Source of the DNA: Spizellomyces punctatus DAOM BR117
Taxonomy: Eukaryota
Direction: 5' to 3' (one strand)
DNA length: 64,000 bases
NCBI GenBank assembly: GCA_000182565.2
Contig: KQ257463.1
Below the pieces are notes generated by a model that searched no databases, was not told the origin of the DNA, and saw only the letters and a program-made list of their open reading frames with translations. Both the position numbers and the translations under genes were made by a program. Numbering within the stretch: position 1 is the first letter of the stretch; each line of letters begins with the position of its first letter. This document shows, one piece after another, positions 41,607 through 54,649 of the stretch.

Positions 41607-44521
41607 TCAGTAATTCTCTTTGGCCTCTTTAGCAAGCACTTCCCCTTCCTTTTTGATGACGCCCAAATGTAATACCCTGTCTCCTGCCATGGCCACCGGA
41701 TTCGAACTACGTCCGATTGTCTGGTGAGAATAAGTAAACTGTCAGCTTTCTGATGATCATCTTTGATCAAGCAACAGACGGAACTCACCACCCCGGAAGA
41801 AGGAGCATAAATCTCTTCCACAATGTTCCCAAAGATATTCTTGATCCTTGCAATCAAATCTCCTTTTCTAACCACAGTATTCACATTTGGATACACCTCA
41901 AGCACTCCTCCTGTTTTCGTGTATATCCAGAAGCCCTTTGAACAGAGGATCGTAGAAGGGGGTGGTCCACCGTGAACGGTGTTCTCTGGGTCCATGGAGA
42001 ACATGTTCAGCCAGGCTAGAATGCGCATAACGCCAAGGTACGACCATTGGACATATTGGTTTTGGAAAAGCTGAGGGTTGCCGATTTCGACAGTGATCGC
42101 TTTGACGCCACGGTTCATGGCGGCTGAGCGGAGTGCACCTATCCGCTGATGTGTTAGTACGAATTCACTAGTTTCTGTTACATGATTCTCCCTTTCCCAT
42201 AGCAGCTCCTCACCATCTTGTCCACTGTTGTGCAAAATGATCTGAGGCTGTTGCAGCTTTGCCATTGCAGCCGCCATCGGGTCATTCATGTCACTTCTGA
42301 CATAGTAGGAATTAACCCGTCCAAAACTCGCCGTATGGAGATCAATCAAAAAGTTGAAGTGATTGACGACCTTGTCCATAATGTTGAACGCATATATTTG
42401 AGAGGATGTGCCTTCCGGTTGTCCAGGGAAGAGACGATTCAGGTCCTTCCCGTCAGAGAATTCTCTTGAATACCGGAGATAGCCGGGAACATTCACACAT
42501 GGGACGGCGACCACGGTTCCTCTGAGTTGTGACACGTCAATGTCTGATATGACACGATGGATACACGGCACGCCATTGAGCTCATTGCCGTGAACTACCG
42601 CGGTTATTCCGACCTTTTCACAGGTTTTAAAAGGACTGAACGTGCTTGAAAACGCAAATTATCACGCTACTTACCACAGGGCTATTCGATGGCACATGCG
42701 ATAAAATCCAGAAACAGTTAGTATATCCGTGTTTTACCAAAGAGATCGATCTTAATCACATACCCATCTTCTTTTCCCCTCGCCACAATGACGGGAATCC
42801 TCAACCATTCCGATAGGCCCTGTTTGGCAATGTTGATCCACGCTGTACTAATGGCTCCAACTGGGAACTCTTCAATAGCCAGCCTATCCCTCACAATAGC
42901 AGGTGGCACATCACTCTCATTCTTAAATCTTGCCGAAAAGACAGGTGGCCGATAATGTCGCGCTGAATCCCAATGTTTCAACGGAATATTCGCATTAATG
43001 GCAGAATCACCTGGGGGTGACGTGGCGAAGGGAGAGCCAACTGTGGAGTTATCATGTAAAAGATTTGTGGAAGAGGTTTGGGAGAAGGGCTGGAAAGGTT
43101 GATCGTCAAACACAATGATAGAGCCGGCTCGGCCGCGTGGACGAGGACTGGTGACATCGACAATCGATGCTCGGCGTTCGGGGCGGAGAAGATTGACTTG
43201 GATGATTAGGACAGTTGCATCCTGGTGGTCTGCACAGTGACGACATTGTTGAGCACCAGTTGAATAATATGCACAAGTGTTCCATCAATGGCACATACCC
43301 GTTTTGCCGTCAGGTCCATGTTCATCCTTTTCAAAAGGCGTCCCATCACTGGCTACTGGTGTCATTGCAAAGTCCGTCGGACTGGACTCATCTTGTCTCT
43401 CGCAAATCAATGTCTGGCCTGTCAACACAATTTGGGGTTCCAATGTTCCTTCGACAGCCACCTTAATTCCGCCGCTGACAACATACACAATCGTAAAATT
43501 TCCCAGGAGCATCTTGCTTGTCGGATTGGCAACTCCCACTCCGTTCGAATCTTTCTTTTCGTGTCCCGTACCATGTGGATGGTGATTGCATTCCCCGTCA
43601 TCACTTAGGCCATGCAAGCAGATCGTCTCTAGATTAGCGGTAACATGCGCCCTATCCCTGTTTGCAATGAATGTCAGATGCCGAATAGGTCCTGACCTAA
43701 TGCGACAGGTTGTCGGCCATTCTCCACTATAGGTATATGGGATGAGGGGACGAAGTGGAACGGGAGTAGCTTGGTCATTGTGGTGCAATGCTACGCGATT
43801 AGTGAGCGAGTTGCGCCGGGTATGAGCCACAGTGGGATGTGCATCTGGGAGAAGAAAGAGAGCAATGTCGTAGCCGGGGAAAACGGAAAAGGAACAAGAG
43901 TCTCGAACTTCAGAGAGGGCCAGGCGCCAGACGAATTCCTCGGTTTCAAAATCCGTGCTTGGGGGGCTGATCGCGATTTGATGGGTTTCTCCGAGACCAT
44001 TTTTCCAGGGCATTCGTATGTAGTCCTTTTCTTCGAGCACCTATGGTTTAGAAAAACAAGCCGCGCAAAGCGCACAAAGAAAGTGAGAAAAGTGATCAAT
44101 AGCGGAGAGTCAATGGGTTGACGACAGCAAAATCGTTTGGTGCACAGAAGCAGCCACGTTCCACTTTTCCATTGCATCCAATGGCAAAATCGTAGGTATG
44201 GGAAACCTGCCACGAGGGGGAACAGCCCCCAGCCCGCCCCCGCGAATAAACCTCCACACAACCCCGCCTCTTCCTCCCACAGTTTACCCCCGCGTGGGAC
44301 CTTGTTCACGTCAAAACCACCCGTAGGCTCCCTCCTTTCCTCCATCCTACTCATACCTGGATTTTGGGCAGTTCTATCGAAGGCTGGCCTGGGTTTCCGG
44401 TCATGGAAGGCGACAAAGTCATTGGGGGCAGAGTGTCAGGTCGCACCGAGGGGCTTGTCTGGACACTTAGGCTTTCGTGCTGGGGTTTCAGACCAGGTGA
44501 TATGACGCCCTTGTTTGGCAT
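41607..44521 (-). CDS. Fusion protein: HutD/Ves-like cupin domain plus AstE/AspA (M14) Zn-deacylase domain
   Basis: N-terminal KIQ|VLEEKDYIRMPWKNGLGETHQIAISP...FVWRLALSEV....FSVFPGYD (HutD). C-terminal GP|VVGITAVVHGNELNG, DLNRLFPG, IDLHTAS, GALRSAA, ITVEIG and a lipoyl-like hairpin. Canonical GT-AG joins keep one frame. Confidence 0.85.
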
Positions 44522-45313
44522 GGTCTTTATAATTAAAGACAATTGCTGTTTGCAGATGGTTTTTATTTGGCTGTAGATGTGTTTGTTATGTAAAAAGGCC
44601 AGAAGCTGTTTTGTCAAGAGATTTGATGACGCGACAGACGCGAAACCCTCCGCCCACAGGACTTGGCCAAAAGACTTTGGATTTCTTTTGCTTTTGCTTT
44701 TTGTTAATGCAGATCTTAAGAAGCATTACGCTTTGCTCCTGCTCCCGTTTGTTCTTCTAAAAATGGGCGGACTCTGGTCTGGGCTGGTCTGCAATGTAAA
44801 CGAAAGATAGTTCTGGGATTCGTTAGATATGAAAACCAACTGTTTCGTGAATACCAGAATCAGATTATTAAATGTGCTGCTATGTACAAGTATTCCATAT
44901 GTGCTTCTGATCAAATGATCGGTCTGCAGCAAGTCTGCAGCCATCATTTCAATCGCATTAGTTGAGAGACGGACTTTTACTCTGATACATCCTCGGTAGA
45001 TCCCCAACGCCTGGACAAGTCATGCCTGTATCAGATATTATTGCTCCACATACTCTGTTCATTTCCCATGTCATCATAGGAACTATCCAGCTTTCTTTCC
45101 TCTCATCCTCTGCTTGACCTCATCAATGGCCATCAGAAGGATACCTTGCTCCATGCATGGCTTCCTGAAATCACCTTCTATTTTCTTGCGCGCACCGGTG
45201 AGATGGGGGAGTTCACTCTTTAGTTTAGCTGTAGTGGATTCACGACTGTCCACGGAGGAACTGGTACATGGTGCAGAGGGCTCTGTCATTCAATCTGTTG
45301 GTGGAGGTGCCAA

Positions 45314-46657
45314 TCACTTTAATGTCTCCAGCTCCTTCTTAACATCCTGGAATCCATCTTCCCAAAATCCGTCTTCGTAGGGGGCAGCAAAGATTCTCTG
45401 GGTCGGCGGTGCAAACCAATAGTTCAGAGCCGTATGGAGTCCCGCTTGATCACCGGCAGAGCCAACTTCGTGAAACCAGCCGGCAGGGAGGTAAAGCATT
45501 TCGTTGGATGCGAGGGTGCAAGATGTTTTAGTGGCGTTCTGAAGGGCGGGATAGAGAGATTTGGTGGAAGGTGCGTGGAGCTCAGATATGGGAATGGTAC
45601 TGAAGCTTGGGGGGTCGGTTGGTGGAGATTTGGGCCGTTTTGCGGCGTGAGAGAGTGGAGGTGCAGAACGCTTTTGCGGTACACGTGCGAATGTCGGCCC
45701 ATTATCGTCGTCTTCGTCCTCATCCTCGTCATCTTCTTCTTCTTCTTCCCCATCCTTTATGTCCCCGTTTTCATCGTCTAGTAGCTCAAAATCATCAAAA
45801 TCATCTATAACGTCATCATCCTCCCCGCTCACCACCATCAACCCGTCCATGGCCGCCTCCAACTCTTTCTCCGCCTCTTCAATTCCTTCTCCAGCCTCTT
45901 CAGCTTCCTCCAACCGCCGCTCTGCAACTCCCACCTTCCACTCTGCCACGTCCCTTATGCCCGCCCCATCGTCCCTCCTGTGCATACCATCATAAAGAAT
46001 GTACCCGTTCGCACACACCCGGGCCACATCGCCTTGAAGATACATGTACTCCGCGTCTCGGGGGCTAAATAGAGTAAATCGCTTCTTGCCTCGAAGGAGG
46101 ATGTACAAGTTGTCTTGATAGTCATGGTGGAGGCCGGATGATGTCGGCGATGCCGGGTCCGTGCTCCCCATCCAAAGATTAACCATTTGAGGAACCAGAT
46201 GTCCCATCAGTTCCGGATGAAGGGGAAAATCGTTCACCAGATTTGTCAATGGATGCGGAAGGAATTCCAAAACCTTTTGCATCGCTTCGTCCTTGTCCTC
46301 ATGTGTTGCGTACTGCGTCGTCATGTAGAGATCACGTTCCCCATTTTCGAGCCGTTTTAAGAAATCCGAGAAGCGCATTTCCAATCTATCTAGCCCAGAT
46401 CCAAATCCTCCTGTCGATGGATGTTTGCGTTCCACTTTGACAGTGAGATCCCCTGAGCGTCGCTTGAGGTAATCTGCGGTCCATGTCGATGCTTTCCAGT
46501 TGGTAGCTGCAATCGGTGAAGTGAGGATGCAAGGAGTGCGCGTTGCAATGTATTTTTCAAAGAATTCTTGGGGTGTGGTGGTGCTGGGGTCAATGCGGTC
46601 TGGTGTCCATGAAGGCGAAGGCGGGTGGAAGCCCTTGTATTCGTTTGCAAAAGTCAT
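45314..46657 (-). CDS. JmjC (cupin-like 8) 2-oxoglutarate/Fe(II) oxygenase, intronless
   Basis: VNLWMG, SGLHHDYQDNLYILLRGKKRFTLF (HxD), MLYLPAGWFHEV (distal His), ALNYWF. Confidence 0.92.
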   Translation of the reverse strand: MTFANEYKGFHPPSPSWTPDRIDPSTTTPQEFFEKYIATRTPCILTSPIAATNWKASTWTADYLKRRSGDLTVKVERKHPSTGGFGSGLDRLEMRFSDFLKRLENGERDLYMTTQYATHEDKDEAMQKVLEFLPHPLTNLVNDFPLHPELMGHLVPQMVNLWMGSTDPASPTSSGLHHDYQDNLYILLRGKKRFTLFSPRDAEYMYLQGDVARVCANGYILYDGMHRRDDGAGIRDVAEWKVGVAERRLEEAEEAGEGIEEAEKELEAAMDGLMVVSGEDDDVIDDFDDFELLDDENGDIKDGEEEEEDDEDEDEDDDNGPTFARVPQKRSAPPLSHAAKRPKSPPTDPPSFSTIPISELHAPSTKSLYPALQNATKTSCTLASNEMLYLPAGWFHEVGSAGDQAGLHTALNYWFAPPTQRIFAAPYEDGFWEDGFQDVKKELETLK

Positions 46658-47447
46658 TCCTCAAAAATCAAACGCTACTCGTTGGGGAGGAAATCGACGA
46701 CGTTCCAAGATCTTGTAATCACATGACCAAGCATCTGAAAGTTCAACTTGTATCGTTTGAACGATGAACAAAAAGTATACGTTTGGGTTGAATAAAACAA
46801 GGCCATTCATGCAGGCAGACAGCACACATGCACATGGAGAGATAGGTATATGGTGCTTTTGGGCTTTTTTCCTTTTGAATGGAATTGGAGCGGTAGATGC
46901 AGAGGCAGCAAAAGGGAAATCGGGCAAACGCAAGCAAACAAAGAACATGGAGAAGGGAACTTGATGCATTCTGACTTTTTGCATCTGGCAATTCTTTCCC
47001 GTCATCGCAGCAGCCATCTTGCAATAGTTTGTTCAAGATTCTTGTTTATATTTCCATCAGCGATGATGGGCGTATCAGATCAGCTAAGCACACACGGCCT
47101 ACAAACGCATTTGCAGATCTGCTTTGCATTTCCTGACGGGCTTTTCCTTTTTGTAATTGGGAACGTTTGGACAATAAAAGGATTGGGGGTGTAGTGTGGT
47201 TACTGGTAAGTTGCCGTCTGGAGGCGTTCGATTTGCAGGAATTGGACCGATTGAGGATTGGTGGAGAGGGGATGCTGGGTTGGAACTGATCGCGGCTGGA
47301 GTGCAGAACAGTGTTTAACATGCGTTTTTCAGCAGTTCCAAAAGGCACCCGCCTATTCTCTTGGCCTTTCCATGCCAAAGCCCCTTGACCGTCCGGGAGC
47401 AACTCTGGAATTCGCTCTTCCACCACCCTGCAGCATAACGACGACGG

Positions 47448-50400
47448 ATGAGCATGCCTCCTCGCAGCTCACGTTACCGAGTGTCGTACATCATTAAGGA
47501 GGATTATGGCGAAAAACAACTGCACCGCGCTGGAATTAACAGCCTCGTGTTAGACGAGACGACACCGACCGAACTAGATGGTCAGGCAGGTGGATTACTT
47601 TACACGGCGGGACGGGATTCCATCGTCAATGTTTGGGAATGCCACATTGATAAGAAACGATATGATAAAGTGGTCAAAGAGCGGGAAATAAAGTTGCGAA
47701 TGCAACATCATGTTCATTCGCCGTATCGCAATGATAGCTTACAAGTTCCCGGTTTGGGAGGTTCAAGAGAGTTGCATAGGTCACGGTCCAATACAGGACG
47801 AAAACCTCGATCGCCTTTCCCACATTCTTACTTATCCCCGCAAAGACAGAGTCTCGATAGTGCCTCCCCTACTCTCGTGATTAATGGACCCAACGGGTCG
47901 GGAGGGTTGCAACTGGTGCAGGAACCCGGGTCGAGTGACGAAGATATCCATGATCATCATGGACCCATGCTGGACCACGAGGCTGGACAATCAATGGTGG
48001 AATCACCTGGGTCTGCAAACTCTCCACTGGACACCCCTGCCGAGGGGATGGTCTTTGGATCTCCACCAGAAACAGGTCGGCCGCCTCTCCCCCCAAATCA
48101 CCTGCCAAATGACCCAGGATTCAAACGAGACGAAATGGGATTTTTGCGTAAAACGAGGAGTGTGACATTTGGAGGAAAGTCGTCATCTTCGTTGATAATG
48201 CAAGGTGGAGTTCCTGCCGTTCCAAAGAGCTTTTCCTCTATGGATATTGATCGGGTGTTGGCTGCTCGTGGCAATGGGGTGCGTTACCTGCACAACATTT
48301 TTCCCGGCTAATGTGCAATAATGAACATTCATGAATAGCACCAGCAACCCCCAGCGACCCTCCGACGCTCCTTTCAACACCATAGTGACTGGGTCAATGA
48401 CATTGCCCTCTGCAATCATAACCAACATCGTCAGTATGACCTATTGTGGTTTTTGCATCTATGCTCTTCTTAACATCCCCACAGTAATCTCGGCGTCCAA
48501 TGATCGCACCATCTACGTAACAAGCACAATCGCACCCTCCTCTCCCATTATGATTGGACATCATTCCGACTATGTAAAGTGCCTGGCGTATTCAAAGCAT
48601 CGCGGTTGGGTTGCTTCGGGTGGACTCGATCATCGGATATTGTTGTGGGATTTGGGAGAGGGGAGAGGACTCCAGGGGGGCCTGAGCGTGAGTGATACCG
48701 CTGAAGGTAAATGAATGTGATTTTGAAATTTTGTGCGGATTGGTAAGTCGCTGACTTGTGCGCAGTGGTATTGAACGAGACGTCACCAAAGACATCTGTG
48801 TACGCTCTTGCGTGTAATCCTGCGGGGAATGTCCTAGTGTCGGGGTCGCCTGACAAGGTACTGCTTACCATACGTGTTTCTTGTTTGGACTAGGCCACTG
48901 ATGCGTCTTTCTAGATTGTCAGAGTCTGGGATTTTGCGCAAGGAAAGAATGTGATAAGATTAGCGGGACATACCGAGAACATTCGATCCGCGCTTGTCAG
49001 CGACGATGGAAAATGGGTAAACTCAGCTTGTTGGCGTACTGCACATTCATCGTCTAAAAACGTCCATCAAGGTCCTCTCCGCCTCTTCCGACGCCACTAT
49101 CAAACTTTGGTCCCTCGCCATGCCCCACCGCCCTATGGTGACCTACACTCATTACGAAGACTCTGTTTACTGTCTCTACTCGTCTCATCCCGACTTGGAC
49201 ACGTTTTGGGCAGGGGGAAGGGACGGATGGGTCACTAAATTGTCGAGGAGACGCATGGTGGAGAGTAGTGCGCTTTCATCGCGGAGTGTGGATGATGAGT
49301 TGGTGGATTGTGTTGCGATTTGTAAAGAGACAGGACCAGTCAATAAGGTATGTTTGCACTTTTTCTGTCGCTTCCGGTGCGTTTTGTTGATTTCATTCGA
49401 TTTCAGATTGTGGCAATCAATGACATGTACATTTGGACAGCCACCGCCAGTTCTAGCGTTAAACGATGGGTGCGTGCCTTTCATCTCCTCCATGACCAAA
49501 GTTCTATACTCAATCTCATTCTAGCGCGACGTGCCATTCCAACACGTCCAACTCGCCAAGCCCGGCATGGTCCACGATACCACCGATGAAACGGATCCTG
49601 TCATCATTCCTTCGAACGCCATTATCCGTCCTCCCACAGCCCTTGACGACGCCGCTTCCATGCGAAGTTATCGCCCTTTCTCGACTTATTCGGTGGATAC
49701 GTTTGCTACTGGTGGTGTCTCTCTCATTCCCTTGCGCGGTGAAGACGAGGAGGAGCCACCCATTGAACCCGCGTGGAAGGAGCCAGATGGTATCGTTCAA
49801 GGTAGGTCCCACCCTCCGTCCTTTTCTCAAAGGCCAACATTAATCCGCTTATAGGTGCACCGGGTATATCCAAATGCACCATTCTTAACAATCGGCGACA
49901 TATCATTACATTGGATACGGAAGGGGAGGTGGCAATGTGGGATATCATCCAATGCGTCAAACTAAAAAATTTTGGAAAGTTGGACTTTGAGGAAGTAGTG
50001 AAGCGAACGAATACCGTGGAGTGGGTTGCGAATTGGTGTAGTGTTGATACGCATAATGGGGTAAGTTGGCAGTTTAAAGTGCGTGTTTTATATTCGGATA
50101 AAGTGCTGATGGAGTGGCATTTAATTAGGTTTTGACCATTCATTTGGACGAAAGCAAGTGCTATGAAGCCGAGGTATATCACGATGAATGTGGCGTATCT
50201 GCCAAAGCGCCCAATGAGGAGCAGAGGGGTAGGTTCAGTAGCTGTTGTTTACCTACCGCATACTTATCCCTTCTGCAGTCAACCTAGGAAAATGGGTCCT
50301 CACCTATCTTTTTCGCAATTTCATTAATGCATGGTACTCGCCACGCCGGTCCTCGCTCGACGCTACTGGGGCATCACCACCGCGTCCACCCGACAATGAA

Positions 50401-51582
50401 CGCCCCTCAACCATTTCCATGCCTTCCCAAACATTTGAGGGTGACCTGCTGCGGGTGCATATGACGCCGTCCGTCGTGAGTCCTACCATTATGGAGGCCA
50501 CGACAGGGTATTTTGACGGGGAGCCGATGCGGAAATCTTTGGATACAGTTGGATCTGTCTCGGCCAGTCTGACAACGGAATCTACGAAAAGCGTCCGCTC
50601 GGAACCCGTCCTGTCCATCCCACCACCTCCTGAATCTGTTCCCCAACCCGCCGCCTTTAGCTCCGCTAATTCCCTCAGTTCCCTCTCCTCCATCCCTAGC
50701 ACCGATTTGGCACCACCCAAATCCGCTCCACCGGACATGGAAGCCCTCCCACCGCCTATCCCGCCTTCTCCCCCGTCACGCCCCAGCACGCCCCCCTCAA
50801 TTCCCCCATCGCCGTCAGCAGGAGACCGTACACCATCGTTTATGGATAAATTCAAGTTGCACGTCCGGCGACGAACAAGTTCGAGCAAGAGCGAAGAGCT
50901 TGAGAATGGGAAGAAAAAGTGGCTTGATAGGACCGGCTCAAAGGGGAGTCGGATGGGATCTGCGAAGCGGGAGGACGAAGGAGAGAATGGTGATTCTCGG
51001 GAGCAGGACGAAAGACAGAACCGTGAGCCATTACCAGCGCTGCCCCACCCTCCTCTCCGCAGCGATTCTATCACCTCACACATAAATACAACCGAAACTC
51101 CACCCCTACGCCTCCCTCCTGCACTCCCCGTTCTCATATCCATTGAAGAATCTTCCGAAGCTGCCACTTACCTCGATATTTACCGTGGTATGGTCGGCGC
51201 GATGGGCTGGGTCGAGGAACTCACTCGTGTCGAGAAATCCCTACCACCCTGGGTATTTGAGACCGTCGTCGAAGGCAAACCCCTCCCCATCAAAGAAAGT
51301 TCAAAGCTCAGTTTTGGGTTATCCCCGATGGACAGTATGGAAGAATTACCAGGTGGAAACCCGCGTCTCTCTGCCAACCGCATGCTCCGCATTCGTAAAT
51401 TGTCAGCGTATGTGATTGAGAGGCTTGGACTGGATGTACCGAGTGGATTGAAGCCAGAAGAGTTTGTGCAAATTTGGTGTGGAGACGAGTGTTTGCAGCC
51501 AGATATGACTCTTGCGACTGTTCGGCATTGTGTTTGGAAGGGAGTTGGGGAGGTTGGGTTAAAGTATCGAATGAAAACATAG
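47448..51582 (+). CDS. WDR48: WDR48/UAF1 (Duf1/Bun107-like) deubiquitinase activator
   Basis: RVSYII...HRAGINSL, LYTAGRD, HHSDWVNDI, HSDYVKCLA, GHTENIR, LNNRRHIIT, VANWCSVDT, VNLGKWVL..LF, RLSANRMLRIRKL..YV, DMTLATVR..VWK. Confidence 0.93.
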
Positions 51583-52375
51583 AATAGGGCAAGATGTTTT
51601 GTTTTTGTTTTTTTTTGTTGTGATTGAAATTGATTGAGTGTTCCGCTGTTTAAAGCTGCCAATACATGGAGAATGGTGCAGTTGCGGATGGAGATTTTGG
51701 TGTATTTTTAAGTATAGATGTATGGATTGGTTTGCATATTTTTGCTCGTCGTTATACAAATGAGTGGCATTTGGGCCAACAGACCTACATGCAATGATAG
51801 TGTTTTGTTTTCATTTGCTTGCATTGGGTTTGGCTTTTGTGATGTGAATCAAGTGCGTGCCGCTCAATCGAGAACAAGCATAGAGTATCTCTTTTCTGAA
51901 TGAAATGTTTGACGGATGATGGTCGCTATTGATATTGCTGGATACTCGACAATGTAGTATTAATACCAAATTGTGGAAACTTTTAATGTAAACCTGTTTG
52001 TAAGTCGCTGAATACATTCGAAGACAGGATACAGCGAGCTGGCATGGAAAATTGGGAAAGGATAGCAAAGGCCTCTGATGTTTATTAACATGCCGCCCTT
52101 GTCCAAGGTTCCTGTTACTTGAACTACTTAGTAAGTCGTTCTACCGTACTCATAACGCAAGTTAATAACTCATTTCCCAAGTGTAATATCGAATGTCAGA
52201 CGAGGATGCCAGTTTGTTTATAATGAAATGATCTGAAATGTTAAACAGACAAGAGAGGAGCGCCCAATCGTCTCTTTGACGTCCCAATTGGCTGAGGATA
52301 TACTGTGATATGCATGACAAAAGTCTTTGAAATGTCCTCACAGATTGGAATCCACACTTGGTTCAGATCAATCTT

Positions 52376-54213
52376 TTATGAAGCAGCAACCCACTGCAAA
52401 ACACCAATCACACCCCCCAATCCAATCGGTACAATCGGTGGCCACTTCCAAAATCCAACCGTCACAAACGTCAATCCCACCACTGCCACATAATACGGGT
52501 ACGCACCAACAGCCGCTCCACTCGGTTTATTCGAGATGGCTTTTTGCCAGAGGATCCATGTCCCTGTGTATACCAACCCCACTGCTCCGGCTGTCACGCC
52601 GTCCAAGATCACACGGACAATGCGACGTTCGCGGAGAGTGTTCCAGATGGGGAGGAGACCGACCATGAGGAGCATGCCGGGTAGGAAGATGCCCGCCCAA
52701 GCGAGCAGGGCGCCGAGGATGGAAGATTCTTTTCGATAGGCAAGAACTCCAACGTATACTAGAGCGAGTGTCATCATTTGTGTTGGTTAAGAACACACAC
52801 AAAATTGTACTTGCCAGAAAAATTAAATAAGGGCCCAGGTAGTGCATTGATCAGTGCGAACCCGAGAAGAAACTCTTGATTTGTGAGCCATCCTGGCGCG
52901 ACAACCCAAGTCTGCAAGAGAGGAACAAGGACAGCTCTATCCTATTGATGAGCGCCCATCTTGAATTGTTACTCTTTAGAATGCAATACTCACCCTCCTC
53001 CAAACGTGATGGCACCTAAAGAATTGAGATGCATGTTATCATGCGTGGCGCTCACATGCAGCAGGAAATGGGTATTATGCAATCATACCGACAAGGTAGA
53101 ACGTGAAGAAAATATCTAAAGCTCTTGGTAGCCGCGGTACGGACCTGACACCGATAGATACAATTAAAATGGCGCCCCACACCAATAGCACCACAATACC
53201 TATTCGAGGTGTGTAGGTAAGAGTTAGTGGGGCGGGCTCCGGTTCGGGTTCTGGTAGCGTGTTGGGTACTGCGGTGGGGACGCGGCGGCGGGATACGGTA
53301 GATATTGTGTCCTCTCGAGTGGAAGGGACGATGGTGATGGAGGAGTGAATAGGCGCAATTGTGGTGTGCTCCTCTTGATTGTTGGACGGTACATCCGCCA
53401 TCGCGATCTCCCCTTCGGAGGTACATATCTCTGAGTGCACTGAGCCATTGTCTTCAACGGCAGGATCATCTCCCTTCAAGCCCCGTCGTCTCTTCACTTC
53501 CTCCCACCGCTGTGCACCATAATCCACCCAATCTTGCCCCCAATACTCAAAGAAAACAGTCAACAGCCCCCCTGCTACCATCGTAACTGGAAGGACAAAC
53601 GGCTTGCTCGAACAGATTGACGCGATCGCACTTGCCAAACAAATAAACCGTTGGAGTTCGGTTCGTATGATTTTGGTCGATAGTCTGTAGGCTGCTAGGG
53701 CAATGAGACCGACTGCAGCTGATACGAGACCGTTTTGGAGGGAGGAGAGCCAGAGTGGAAGGGTTGCACCTGCTTTGGCGATGCTGCTGGCGCCAAAGAA
53801 GAGGATGATGGCTGCCGGTGTTCTGTACATGACGTGATTTAGCAAGCGGGAAAGGCGTATGCAACAATCAAGTAAGAACCTACGACCAAACAAAGAAAGA
53901 AACAACAGCAGGAAAGATGCCACTTCGTATCAACGCAATTGCAAAACTCATTTGAGCAGATCCCGGCCCCGGCAATCCTATACACAACCAGATTAAACGT
54001 TGCCAAAACTCTCTACATCCTTTGAAGGCAACCCTCACCCTGACAAATCCCAAACAACTCTGCAAAAACCGAATCCGATAGCCATTTTCTCCTTACAACG
54101 AATATTTCATGGTACAAGGCGATGGCAGCGTTGGGTCCACCAAATGTAATGTATCCCAATGGCGTGTAAATCTTGACGATTTCCCATAGTTTTTTCAGAA
54201 TGGCCGACACCAT
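52376..54213 (-). CDS. Chromate ion transporter (CHR/ChrA family, two-domain)
   Basis: LGYITFGGPNAAIALYHEIFVVRRKWLSDSVFAELFGICQ|GLPGPGSAQ; second domain AITFGG, WLTNQEFLLGFALINALPGP, GIFLPG, GVTAGAVGLV. Confidence 0.93.
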
Positions 54214-54649
54214 TTTTAAGAAGAGAAACAACGAGCAAGTCCATCTTTTAAATGAAATAAATAAAAGACGAGTTGGAAAAGCATCTCTCGCGACCTGAGG
54301 CTTGGATGACGAGTGCGGCTTGTGTGGCTTGTCGCGTTCTTCGCTCACGTAATCTGACTTTTGGAACACACTGGCATTGAAGGAAGCTACGAACGCAATA
54401 TCAAAGACGGCAAATGGATAAGGATTGGAAGCTTGAGAATGTCGCTGGCATATCATTATCAGCTGCTTCTATAGAATATTGCTAATGTCGGTGTCAATTG
54501 TTATGTGCATTCAGCATACGATGAAAGGTTCATGTTTGTGGACACTAACGAGTAAATGCTATAAATCTGCCAGCTTCTTGACGAGTTTCCCTAGGAATGA
54601 CATTGGGTAACTGCTTCTTGCCGGGTAACAGCCGTCTCTTTGATATACT

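Noticed and set aside
44215-44295. G-rich tract in intron 1 of the HutD-deacylase gene as a G-quadruplex
   Set aside because: Only three closely spaced G-runs; the fourth requires a long loop.
50304-51167. 287-aa antisense ORF inside WDR48 (similar ones at 4637-5314 and 31503-31937)
   Set aside because: Shadow ORFs opposite Pro/Ser/Ala-rich coding sequence, with no independent motifs.
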